This document shows positions 17,403-26,831 of a stretch of 64,000 bases of DNA, piece by piece. The DNA is taken from contig MEWP01000069.1 in the NCBI GenBank assembly GCA_001775395.1, positions 16,114 to 80,113 of the forward strand. The letters are read 5' to 3'. Origin of the DNA: a candidate division Zixibacteria bacterium RBG_16_53_22 (GTDB taxonomy: Bacteria > Zixibacteria > MSB-5A5 > UBA10806). Positions within the stretch are counted from its first letter, which is position 1. Every line of letters begins with the position of its first letter. The notes beneath the pieces are model-generated. The model was not told where the DNA came from, made no database searches, and worked only from the letters and a program-made list of their open reading frames with translations. The position numbers and the translations under genes were made by a program.

Positions 17403-19295
17403 ATGAAAAAAAGAATTTCCGAAAGCCTTCATCTCAAGATAGCTCTCTTGATACTTTCGATTCTTACATTCTCCGCCGCGACCATATTCTATACGCAATA
17501 TCGCCTGAGCAAAAGCCATCTTACCAATTCCCTCAAGGTGTCAACCACGCACCTCAGCAATACGCTCTTGCGGAGTTTCGAAATCGCCATGCTGGGACGG
17601 CGGTTGGAGGAGATCCAGCAGGCCCTGGAGGAAATAGGGCAGGAGCCGCAGATTGACAGGATATTCATTGTGAATAAATCGGGCGAGGTCAAAGTTTCAT
17701 CCGACCGCTCGCAGCTTGGCAGAGTGATCCATATTTCGGAAAGGACCTGCCAGGTATGTCATGAATTCAGGCCGGCCGATCGAGAGCAATCAATCATAAT
17801 AAAAGACGATCGCGTCAGTTTCCTTCGCAGTGTCAATCCCATCAGGAAAAAGCCGATTTGCGAAAAATGTCACCGCGGCGACGAAACGATGCTCGGGATG
17901 CTGGTTACCGATGTTTCCGTGAAGGATATCGAGGCCCTGACGAGGAGCAATCTGAATATAACATTTGTAATGATTGTGGCCACCCTGCTTTTCATGGCGG
18001 GAGCCTTCAGGCTGGGGTTCAAGAAAATCATCCTCGATCGCCTGGCCTTGCTGAAGGCCGCGGCCGGAAGGCTGGAGAAAGGTGATTTCTCGGCGCGGGC
18101 GGCGCTGGATACCGGCGATGAGCTTGGAAGGCTGGCCGGGACCTTCAACCGCATGGCCGATAACCTGACGCAATCGCTGGCCCGGATCGAGCGGGCACGA
18201 GCCTATCTCGAAAACCTGATCAATAGCATCGATGACGGTGTGGCCGTAATCAAGAGAGACCGAACGCTGGTCATGGTAAATGACGCTTACCTTCGGATGT
18301 TTGACAGCGACAAACGCGATCGAAGCGAATATCTTAATTCACCCCTTGAACATTTGAACCCGTTTCATGGCGAATGGTGCCGAATCCCGGAGAAAAGATG
18401 CAATGTCTGCACGGTATTCGAGACCGGTGAATTTTCCAACAGAATCGTCTCGCTGGTCTCCAGGGACGGCGCCCAGAAAGTCTACGAATCTTATATTTCG
18501 GTCCTCAGCAAGGACGAACAGGGGGTCGTGGAGATCGTAGAGGATCTTCGAGATACGACTATCAGGAAGAAGTTCGAAACGCAGATGATAGAGGCGGAAC
18601 GGCTTGTCTCGGCAGGCAAGTTGGCCGCCGGAGTTGCCCACGAGATTAATAACCCCATGGCTTCCATTTCAACATGCGCCGAGGGCCTGCTTAAGATGAT
18701 CGACGATTTTCCGGCCGTGAATGAGCAAAAAAGCCTGCTGCGGGAATATTTGGAGACGATCCGAGACTCCGCCTTCAGATGCAAAGCCATCACCCAGCGC
18801 CTATTGAATTTCGCATCGATTCAAAGCAGTGAATTTGAGCCTCTTGACTTCAATGAGGTAATCGAGGATGCCGTCAGGCTTGTCCAATACGATATCTCCG
18901 CAAAGGGGGTCGATCTCGAATTGAAGTTATCCCGCGAAATGCCCAGCGTAAGGCTTTCACGGACATCGTTTCCTCATGCGGTCGTGAATCTCATTTTGAA
19001 TTCGCTTTATGCTGTCGAGAGAAGGGGCAAGATAACAATCACCACTCTCCTGCAGGGACAACGTGCGGCTTTGAAGGTGGAAGATAACGGCTGCGGCATA
19101 GACGGGCGTCACCTGCAGCGCGTGTTCGAGCCTTTCTTCACAACCAAGAAAGTCGGTGAGGGCTCCGGCCTGGGCCTATTTATTTGCCGCAACATCGTAA
19201 ATAACCATGGCGGCGAGATCGACATTCAAAGCGAGGCCGGCAAGGGCACGGTCGTAACCATCAGGATACCAGTGACGGAAGAAGCCAATGGATAA
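17403..19295 (+). CDS. sensor histidine kinase with periplasmic di-heme c domain, HAMP and PAS
   Basis: Two TM segments flanking CQVCH and CEKCH; HAMP (DELGRLAGTFNRM); AHEINNP H-box; GSGLGL G-box. Confidence 0.92.
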   Translation: MKKRISESLHLKIALLILSILTFSAATIFYTQYRLSKSHLTNSLKVSTTHLSNTLLRSFEIAMLGRRLEEIQQALEEIGQEPQIDRIFIVNKSGEVKVSSDRSQLGRVIHISERTCQVCHEFRPADREQSIIIKDDRVSFLRSVNPIRKKPICEKCHRGDETMLGMLVTDVSVKDIEALTRSNLNITFVMIVATLLFMAGAFRLGFKKIILDRLALLKAAAGRLEKGDFSARAALDTGDELGRLAGTFNRMADNLTQSLARIERARAYLENLINSIDDGVAVIKRDRTLVMVNDAYLRMFDSDKRDRSEYLNSPLEHLNPFHGEWCRIPEKRCNVCTVFETGEFSNRIVSLVSRDGAQKVYESYISVLSKDEQGVVEIVEDLRDTTIRKKFETQMIEAERLVSAGKLAAGVAHEINNPMASISTCAEGLLKMIDDFPAVNEQKSLLREYLETIRDSAFRCKAITQRLLNFASIQSSEFEPLDFNEVIEDAVRLVQYDISAKGVDLELKLSREMPSVRLSRTSFPHAVVNLILNSLYAVERRGKITITTLLQGQRAALKVEDNGCGIDGRHLQRVFEPFFTTKKVGEGSGLGLFICRNIVNNHGGEIDIQSEAGKGTVVTIRIPVTEEANG

Positions 19296-20649
19296 GCCCG
19301 ACAAGAAAGAGACGCAGAAACCGCTCATTCTGCTTGTAGATGACGACGCCACCTTCTCCAATGTTTTCCGCCGCGAGCTGACCCGAATGGATTTCGAGGT
19401 GGATTATGAAAGCGATTCGAAGAGGGTTCTGCAACTCCTGGGAGAACGCAGTTACGATGTCTTGCTTCTGGATATTTTTCTGCCGGAAACGGACGGCATT
19501 GCCGTCCTGCAGTCCGTCAAGAAATTAAACACGGAATTGCCGGTCATCATGCTGACCGGCTATGCCACCATCGACACGGCCATTAAGTCCATGAAGATGG
19601 GAGCCTTCGATTATCTATCCAAGCCCTTCCGATTAGATGAGGTCAGGGTCGTCATAGATAAGGCTATGGAAAATCGAAAACTCTCCGAATCCAACGCCAG
19701 ATTAAGGGAGGGACTCTCTGAGCGGCTGTATTCCAAGATGATTGGAAAGTCCAAAGCCATGTTGGATACGATCGCCATGATTAAGAAAGTGGCCCCGTCG
19801 GATTCAACCGTTCTTTTGATGGGAGAATCCGGCACCGGCAAGGAATTGGCCGCTCGGCTTATCCACCGGCTCTCGCACAGGGCCGAGGAGCCGTTCGTCA
19901 TTGTCGATTGCAGCACCCTGCATGTCAACCTTGTGGAGTCGGAGCTTTTCGGCCATGAGAAGGGAGCCTACACGGGGGCATCCAAGCGAAAACATGGCTT
20001 GTTCGAAGTCGCCAATGGCGGTACTACTTTCCTCGATGAGATAGGCGAGATCAATCCACTCACCCAGTCCAAACTTCTAAGAATCATTGAGACGGGGGAA
20101 TTCAGAAGGCTCGGAGGAACCGAGGGGATCTCGGTCGATGTCAGAATAATAGCGGCCACCAACCGAAACCTGGGAATAATGGTTACTGACAACCTTTTTC
20201 GAGAAGACCTGTTCTATCGGATAAATGTCTTTTGTATAAAGATACCGCCTTTGCGCGAGAGAAAAGAGGATATCGTCGAACTGGCTAATTATTTCGTGGA
20301 AAAGAGAAGCCAGTCTATGCGCCAGCCAAAAGAGTTTTCAGACAGCGCCATAATCATGATGCAGAACTATGATTGGCCCGGCAATATCCGCGAGCTGGAA
20401 AATGTAGTTGAGCGGGCCCTGGTTTTGTCGGAAACGAGCGTTATCGATGTCGATGACCTGCCGTTGAATATCCGGGGCAATTTCAATTTCGCTGCCCGCG
20501 ATAAGGATTTCAGAAGCTTATCTGAAATAGAAGGTGATTATATCAGATTTATCTTAAATAAATGCAATGGCAACCAGGCCCAGGCAGCCGCCATCCTTGG
20601 CGTTGACCCCAAAACTTTGTATAGGCATCTGAGAAAAAATCGGGAATAA
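19288..20649 (+). CDS. NtrC-family sigma54-dependent response regulator
   Basis: REC domain (LLVDDD, LLDI, KPF), GESGTGKE, ESELFGHEKGAYTGA, HTH. Confidence 0.93.
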   Translation: MDKPDKKETQKPLILLVDDDATFSNVFRRELTRMDFEVDYESDSKRVLQLLGERSYDVLLLDIFLPETDGIAVLQSVKKLNTELPVIMLTGYATIDTAIKSMKMGAFDYLSKPFRLDEVRVVIDKAMENRKLSESNARLREGLSERLYSKMIGKSKAMLDTIAMIKKVAPSDSTVLLMGESGTGKELAARLIHRLSHRAEEPFVIVDCSTLHVNLVESELFGHEKGAYTGASKRKHGLFEVANGGTTFLDEIGEINPLTQSKLLRIIETGEFRRLGGTEGISVDVRIIAATNRNLGIMVTDNLFREDLFYRINVFCIKIPPLRERKEDIVELANYFVEKRSQSMRQPKEFSDSAIIMMQNYDWPGNIRELENVVERALVLSETSVIDVDDLPLNIRGNFNFAARDKDFRSLSEIEGDYIRFILNKCNGNQAQAAAILGVDPKTLYRHLRKNRE

Positions 20650-20966
20650 TGCCCGATTACTGCAATTTCGCCGACTTTCTCCGAAGTCATCAAGTTTCAT
20701 AAACTTGGAATGACAACCGGCGCCTGATCGGGCAAAATGCCCTTTTGGGTTTGTAATGTCCAATAATCCGTCCGTCTAACTTGTTAAACCGCAATCATAT
20801 ATTTTCTCGACATACCGGCACATTATTTTCTTATGACTTGAACTTGAAGCTCCATAAGGGCACTGGTCGCTAATGACTTGATGAGGCGGCCAAATGGAAT
20901 ATTCAAGCCAGCGTCCGCCGCCAAATTCACAAGATACTATGCGCGCCGAAAGGATGAACATCTAAG

Positions 20967-21479
20967 GTGAATAAACAGACCGTTTTCTCGGCAGCCGCGA
21001 TACTCATTCTCGTTATCTGCATTTCGGTTCTGGCAGTTGGCAAGCGTTCATTCGATCAGCCTATAGAATTTAACCATTATAAGCATTTTGTCGAATTGGA
21101 CGTCGAATGTCAATTTTGTCATCAGACCGTGGAGGCCAATGACGTTGCCGGTCTGCCCAATGTAGAGATTTGCATATTCTGCCACGAAGAAGGCGTGGTC
21201 AGTGAAAATCCCCGATTTCATGAAGTGGTTCAGATAATCCGGGAGTATTCTCGACGCCAGGAGAAGATAAAGTGGAACCGTATCTACGATTTACCGTCGC
21301 ATGTCATTTTTTCACATCGAATTCATATCGGCGCCGGGGTCGAATGCGAAAGCTGCCATGGAATAACCGGCAAGTCGAAGCGGCCATCGGGCCAACCGGA
21401 ATTGATAAGCATGGATAGTTGTATGGATTGTCACCGCAGGAATAACATCGAGACCGATTGCCTGGTCTGTCATAAATGA
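20967..21479 (+). CDS. pentaheme cytochrome c (QrcA/ActA-like)
   Basis: N-terminal TM segment, QPIEFNH, five CxxCH motifs, HVIFSHRIH; GTG start. Confidence 0.85.
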   Translation: MNKQTVFSAAAILILVICISVLAVGKRSFDQPIEFNHYKHFVELDVECQFCHQTVEANDVAGLPNVEICIFCHEEGVVSENPRFHEVVQIIREYSRRQEKIKWNRIYDLPSHVIFSHRIHIGAGVECESCHGITGKSKRPSGQPELISMDSCMDCHRRNNIETDCLVCHK

Positions 21480-21480
21480 T

Positions 21481-23835
21481 ATGGAAATAGATAGAAGAAA
21501 TTTCTTCAAAGTGGGAATCTTCACGGCCGGGACATTGATCGCTCCGCGTCTCTGGGGTGATATTGGGTTGGAAACTGTGGCAGAACAGCCATGGGAAGGC
21601 CCGCCCGGGCATGAAAATGAAGTCTTATCGGTTTGCCAAATGTGTCCCAACGGATGCGGCATCCGTGTCAGAATTTATGAGGGTCGAGCGGTGAAAATCG
21701 AGGGTATCCCCGGTCATCCTCTGAATAATGGAAGCTTATGCCCCAGGGGACAATCAGCGCTTCAACTGTTGTACCATCCCCACCGGCTGGCATACCCGGT
21801 TCTAAACAAAGGCGCCAGGGGCAACGGCAGCTTGCAGAGGATGACTCACGAGGAAGCCGTCGGTTTGCTGGCGGAGAAAATCGGCGATTTAGTGCGCCGA
21901 AGGCAAACTCATCGATTGGTCATTGTCTCCGGAAGCCATAGCGATACGGATGAGTTGATTTTACGCAGATTCTGTGATTCCGTGGGGACGCCCAACTATA
22001 TCAAAATTGAGAGCCTGGGACGCCGGTCGAGATCCATGGCAATGGGACTTTCCCAGGGGATATTCAAGCCGCCCAGCATAGATTGGAGCAACTGCAATTT
22101 CGTAATGCTGTTCGGTTCGGAACCGGGAACCTCGGATATCTCGCCGATGTGGCTCTTGCGCGGTTTTGGCGAATTGCGTCAAGGGCGAGCCGGGCGACGC
22201 GCAAAAATCGTGCATGTTTCCACCCATTTCTCTCCTTTTTCGTCAAAGGTTGATGATTGGATTAAGATTAAACCGGGCACGTACGGAGCATTGGCGCTGG
22301 GGATCGCCCATATCATCATTAGCGAAGAAAAGTACGATGCCGACTTTATAGAACATTTTACGCTTGGCTTTGAGGAATTCAAAGAAGTCGATGGCACGTT
22401 AAGGCCGGGTTTTAAGGAACACGTCCTCAATAATTACGAACCCGCGAAAGTCTCCTCCATAACCGGCGTGCCGGAAGAGGTCATAATACGTCTGGCCGAC
22501 GAGTTTTCATCAAATCGCCCGGCGGTCGCCTACGGCGGGGATGGCCCGGCATCCTATTCCAACGCCGTCTCCGAGCTTGTAGCGATTCATTCGCTCAACG
22601 CGCTCATCGGAAGCATCGATGTCCCCGGAGGAGTATTGATTCAACGGGATCCGCCGCTCAGGATGCCCGAAAGAGTATCAAACAACTCATTATTCACGCA
22701 CAACCTGAGCCAGCCTCCGGTGGATGACTCAATCAGGAGTTCAAACTTGCCTGTCTATATGGCCGGGTCGAATTTACCGATGCGACTCTCAGACAGCTCC
22801 CCATATCCAGTGGAAGTGCTGGTATTGGTTGATTATGACCCTCTGGAAGAGGCCCCTGGACCAAATTATTGGCGCGAAGCTTTCAAGCAGATTCCCTTCG
22901 TAGTAAGTTTCTGCAATTTCAGCGATGAGTCTTCACGAATATGCGATCTCGTTATACCTCCTGGCACCTTCCTTGAGAGATGGGATGGGAAATCCGTCGA
23001 TTCCAGTGTTGGATTTCCAGTGTGGGGACTTTCGCGTCCTGTCCTCGAGACTCCCCTGGACGGCATGGACCCATCCAGCTTCTTCATGAAACTCGCAAAA
23101 AGCATGGGGCATCAGATTGCCGGCGCATTCCCCTGGCAATCGATAGAAGAGCTGCTAAAGGAAATAGCCATGGACCTCAATCCTTCTCCCGGGCAGGTCA
23201 ATCCCTGGGACGAGATAGCCGCCAAGGGGTACTGGTCTCAAAGCCCTTACAGGTTCGGAAGGCAGCGGGAGGTATACCAGACCCGAGGAAATCGCTTCAA
23301 CTTTTTCATGTATTCGATGGAGGCCGCGGCATCGCACCTTCGCTCCGCCGGATATGCCAATTTAGATAAAACCGGAACGGATTTGGCTCAATCGGCTTTC
23401 CTGCCCAATCATAATTCTGCCGAATTTGAAAACTGGGATAATCGAGAACTTTTCTTTTTGGAGCTGTTTGGCACGACGTTAAGCGGACATGGCCGCCATT
23501 TTTCGCTTGAGGGGCTTCGCGAATTGCAGGAGCTCGACCTCAACAAAAGCTGGGGGCTATGGCTGCTGATAAATCCTCGGACGGCATCGAAACTCAATCT
23601 ATCTAATAATGAAATAGTTTGGGTGGAATCTAACCACGGCAAATTATCCGCCCGTGTGAAAAAGGTCGAGGGGATCAGCGAAGATTCAGTCGGCATGATA
23701 TTCGGGCAGGACAAGGGCACGGAACATAGCGACACACTATCCAATTCAGCGATGTCCCTGGTTGGCGAAAATATCTCTCCTCTGGGCGGCGGACTTTGCT
23801 GGGGAACAACAAAAGTTAGAATTTACAGGGCATAA
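21481..23835 (+). CDS. Tat-exported molybdopterin-oxidoreductase-family subunit (QrcB/ActB1-like, probably non-catalytic)
   Basis: RRNFFK Tat motif; CQMCPNGC...C FS0 motif; MGD-binding motifs degenerate (STHFS for DPR, PGTYG for PGTD). Confidence 0.82.
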   Translation: MEIDRRNFFKVGIFTAGTLIAPRLWGDIGLETVAEQPWEGPPGHENEVLSVCQMCPNGCGIRVRIYEGRAVKIEGIPGHPLNNGSLCPRGQSALQLLYHPHRLAYPVLNKGARGNGSLQRMTHEEAVGLLAEKIGDLVRRRQTHRLVIVSGSHSDTDELILRRFCDSVGTPNYIKIESLGRRSRSMAMGLSQGIFKPPSIDWSNCNFVMLFGSEPGTSDISPMWLLRGFGELRQGRAGRRAKIVHVSTHFSPFSSKVDDWIKIKPGTYGALALGIAHIIISEEKYDADFIEHFTLGFEEFKEVDGTLRPGFKEHVLNNYEPAKVSSITGVPEEVIIRLADEFSSNRPAVAYGGDGPASYSNAVSELVAIHSLNALIGSIDVPGGVLIQRDPPLRMPERVSNNSLFTHNLSQPPVDDSIRSSNLPVYMAGSNLPMRLSDSSPYPVEVLVLVDYDPLEEAPGPNYWREAFKQIPFVVSFCNFSDESSRICDLVIPPGTFLERWDGKSVDSSVGFPVWGLSRPVLETPLDGMDPSSFFMKLAKSMGHQIAGAFPWQSIEELLKEIAMDLNPSPGQVNPWDEIAAKGYWSQSPYRFGRQREVYQTRGNRFNFFMYSMEAAASHLRSAGYANLDKTGTDLAQSAFLPNHNSAEFENWDNRELFFLELFGTTLSGHGRHFSLEGLRELQELDLNKSWGLWLLINPRTASKLNLSNNEIVWVESNHGKLSARVKKVEGISEDSVGMIFGQDKGTEHSDTLSNSAMSLVGENISPLGGGLCWGTTKVRIYRA

Positions 23836-23836
23836 A

Positions 23837-24529
23837 ATGACTCGCTGGGGAATGGTAATAGATCTCGATCGCTGCAGCGGTTGCCAGGCATGCGTAGTCG
23901 CCTGTCGGCAAGAGAATAATATTCCCGTTGTCGGCCGGGAACAGGCGGCCATGGGGCGGGCCATATTCTGGATGCAGATAATCGAGGAACGGGAGGGCGG
24001 GCACAATGAGGGACGCACCAGGTATCTGCCAAGACCATGCATGCATTGTGACAATCCACCCTGTGTCAAGGTCTGCCCGGTCGGGGCAACATACCGAAAC
24101 CCGGAGGGATTGGTAGGTCAGATATATGCCAGATGTATCGGATGCCGTTATTGCACGGCTGCCTGCCCTTATACGGCCAGGTATTTCAACTGGTATGAAC
24201 CAAGCTGGGAACCGCCGCGGGAGAAATCGCTCAATCCCGACGTCTATGTCCGTCCCAAAGGCGTGGTCGAAAAATGCAGTTTCTGCGTGCATAGGATCAG
24301 GAAGGCCCAGAGGAAAGCAAAGGACGAGAACAGGGAAATCGAAGACGGGGAGGTAATCCCCGCCTGCGCCGAAACCTGCCCGTCCAAGGCGATACATTTC
24401 GGGGACCTTGACGATCCCGACAGCGAGGTCTCCAAACTGGCCGGGAGCCGGCGAGCGTTCCGCTTGGAGGAATTCTTGGGCACGGACCCCAAAGTGATTT
24501 ACCTGAGAGAAGGAGAATGGAGTGAATAA
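23837..24529 (+). CDS. 4Fe-4S dicluster subunit (QrcC/NrfC/ActB2-like)
   Basis: WGMVIDLDRCSGCQAC, CMHCDNPPCVKVCP, CIGCRYCTAACPY, KCSFC...CAETCP. Confidence 0.9.
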   Translation: MTRWGMVIDLDRCSGCQACVVACRQENNIPVVGREQAAMGRAIFWMQIIEEREGGHNEGRTRYLPRPCMHCDNPPCVKVCPVGATYRNPEGLVGQIYARCIGCRYCTAACPYTARYFNWYEPSWEPPREKSLNPDVYVRPKGVVEKCSFCVHRIRKAQRKAKDENREIEDGEVIPACAETCPSKAIHFGDLDDPDSEVSKLAGSRRAFRLEEFLGTDPKVIYLREGEWSE

Positions 24530-25868
24530 TAGAAGCGCCTCGATTGCCGTGGCGATTTCGGTGGATCATCCGCTCGTAAAGCCCGTCTCGACATCCGGGG
24601 GGGGGTTCTATGTTACCGCCTTTGCCCTGTTGATTGTCATGGGCTGGGCGTTTATCGCCTGGCTTACGCAATATATTCGAGGGCTCGGAGTTAGTGGTCT
24701 GGACCGGCCGGTTTACTGGGGCGTATATATAACAAATTTCGTTTTCTTCGTGGGGATAAGCCACGCTGGAACCTTGATTTCAGCCATTCTTCGCGTTACC
24801 GGATCGGAGTGGCGCCGGCCGATCACCAGGGCGGCGGAGGCGATAACCGTTTTTGCGCTCATGGTCGGGCCCATCAATGTCTTTTTTGATTTGGGCAGGC
24901 CTGACCGGGTGCTGAACATGTTCCTGCACGGGCAACTGAAATCGCCGCTCATGTGGGATGTCATTTGTATCTCGACATATCTCGTCTCGAGCCTTGTCTA
25001 TCTATACCTGCCACTGATACCGGACATCGCGGAGCTTCGCGATACCGGGATCAGACCGAGATGGTTCTACCGTTTGCTTTCCCTGAACTGGCGCGGGACA
25101 GAAAAGCAGAAACATATCTTAGAGAAAATGATAAGAGTCATGGCTATTGCAATAATACCCATTGCCGTCTCCGTGCATACGGTCGTGTCATGGGTGTTCG
25201 CCATGACAATTCAACCCATGTGGCATTCGACCATATTCGGCCCTTATTTTGTGGTCGGGGCCATATTCTCGGGCATAGCCTCGATAATCATCGCCATGGC
25301 TATATTAAGGAAAGTCTATCATCTCGAGGACTACTTAAAACCCATACATTTCAACAACCTCGGTATCCTGCTTCTGGTGATGACCTGCCTTTGGGTGTAC
25401 TTCACTTTTGCAGAATATCTCACCACCTTCTATGGCGGCGAACCGGCTCACATGGCGGTTTTTTATTCGAAGTTGACAGGCGAATTTGCGCCGATGTTTT
25501 GGTCGATGGGAATCTTATGCTTCATAATACCGTTTGTTATCCTGGCGGTCGGGCGATTCCGCACCATCACCGGAACCGTGATCGCGTCAATCTCGGTCAA
25601 TATCGGCATGTGGCTCGAACGATACACCATAGTAGTACCATCGCTTTCCAATCCCAGGCTTCCCATAAGTGAAATTACATACTACCCCTCATGGGTGGAG
25701 ATTTCGATAACCGCCGGATGTTTTGCCGGATTGACGTTCTTCTATGTTATGTTCTCCAAAATATTTCCCATCATCTCAATATGGGAATTAAAGGAAGGCG
25801 GAGTCGATGTGGCGGCGGGAGAGGTAATTTCCAGCGCCGCCACCTCGGGAAAAAAGAGGATGCAATGA
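24522..25868 (+). CDS. nrfD: NrfD/PsrC-family quinone-interacting membrane subunit (QrcD/ActC-like)
   Basis: WGVYITNFVFFVGISHAGTLISA, RAAEA, DLGRP, SPLMWD; multi-TM. Confidence 0.9.
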   Translation: MNNRSASIAVAISVDHPLVKPVSTSGGGFYVTAFALLIVMGWAFIAWLTQYIRGLGVSGLDRPVYWGVYITNFVFFVGISHAGTLISAILRVTGSEWRRPITRAAEAITVFALMVGPINVFFDLGRPDRVLNMFLHGQLKSPLMWDVICISTYLVSSLVYLYLPLIPDIAELRDTGIRPRWFYRLLSLNWRGTEKQKHILEKMIRVMAIAIIPIAVSVHTVVSWVFAMTIQPMWHSTIFGPYFVVGAIFSGIASIIIAMAILRKVYHLEDYLKPIHFNNLGILLLVMTCLWVYFTFAEYLTTFYGGEPAHMAVFYSKLTGEFAPMFWSMGILCFIIPFVILAVGRFRTITGTVIASISVNIGMWLERYTIVVPSLSNPRLPISEITYYPSWVEISITAGCFAGLTFFYVMFSKIFPIISIWELKEGGVDVAAGEVISSAATSGKKRMQ

Positions 25869-26827
25869 GCAAAGCTGTCATTCAACTGGTCTTGTCCGTT
25901 ACATTTCTGGCAATTACTTTTCAACCCCTGATTGAGGTCTGGGCCGGAAGCCCGGAGGAGGGGCGCAAGTTATTCCTGGCCTTCTGTTCGGCCTGCCATG
26001 GCGCGGTCGGCAAAGGCGACGGAGAGGCGTCCAAGTATCTCGATATTAAGCCTCAGGATTTTACAGATCAAAGCGTCATGGTAAAGTTATCCGATCAGGA
26101 CATCTTCAATTTCATTCATGGAGAAAATAACCGGTTCCACGGGGCCCGATTCCTGCCGGGATTTCAACTGCAGCTGACAGAAATGCAAATTTGGGACCTC
26201 GTCTCATTCATCAGGACACTTCATACCAAGCCCAAGGGCGATCCGGTCAGCGGCCGAAAGCTGTATCTCATTTATTGCTCCACCTGCCACGGCAAGGATG
26301 GTCAGGGCAAGGGTGAGGCGGCGGAATTTCTCGAACGCAAACCCGCCGACCACAGCGATAACGATCGAATGACACAGAAGACCGATGATGAATTATATAA
26401 CGTCATTTCGCAGGGAGGAGCCGCAGCGCACCGGTCGGGTTCGATGCCGCCCTGGACCACGACGTTATCCCCGCAGCAAATCTGGGATATCGTATCATTT
26501 ATCAGGCTATTGCATCGTCAATCGAAATATGAGGGCGTGGCATCGAACGCAACCGCCAATTTCAATAAATATTGCAGCGTTTGTCACGGGCAAAATGGAG
26601 GCGGCAATGGCGCAATTGCGGCGGCATTTACTCCCCGGCCGCAAAACCTGGCCGACTCGGATTATCTGCGCGCCCATTCGCGCCTCGATATCTACTTCGC
26701 CATTATGGGCGGCGGAAATGCGGTCGGAAAAACGCAGTATATGCCTCCCTGGGGCGACGTCTTATCCCAGCAGGAGATCTGGGACTTGGTCGGCTATATA
26801 GAAAAACTCTCCAGGTCGAGCAGGTAA
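25865..26827 (+). CDS. exported cytochrome c with three monoheme domains
   Basis: Signal peptide; CSACH, CSTCH and CSVCH, each followed by P(Q/A)xx..MPPW-like segments (the first lacks the distal Met motif). Confidence 0.85.
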   Translation: MSKAVIQLVLSVTFLAITFQPLIEVWAGSPEEGRKLFLAFCSACHGAVGKGDGEASKYLDIKPQDFTDQSVMVKLSDQDIFNFIHGENNRFHGARFLPGFQLQLTEMQIWDLVSFIRTLHTKPKGDPVSGRKLYLIYCSTCHGKDGQGKGEAAEFLERKPADHSDNDRMTQKTDDELYNVISQGGAAAHRSGSMPPWTTTLSPQQIWDIVSFIRLLHRQSKYEGVASNATANFNKYCSVCHGQNGGGNGAIAAAFTPRPQNLADSDYLRAHSRLDIYFAIMGGGNAVGKTQYMPPWGDVLSQQEIWDLVGYIEKLSRSSR

Positions 26828-26831
26828 TCGA

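Noticed and set aside
20815-20832. sigma54 promoter for the cytochrome cluster (CGGCACATTATTTTC)
   Set aside because: Lacks the conserved -12 GC; no other GG-N10-GC site found in 20650-20966.
21481-23835. Catalytic polysulfide, formate or nitrate reductase call
   Set aside because: MGD-binding motifs are degenerate and no Mo-ligand Cys, Sec or Asp is recognisable at the expected position.
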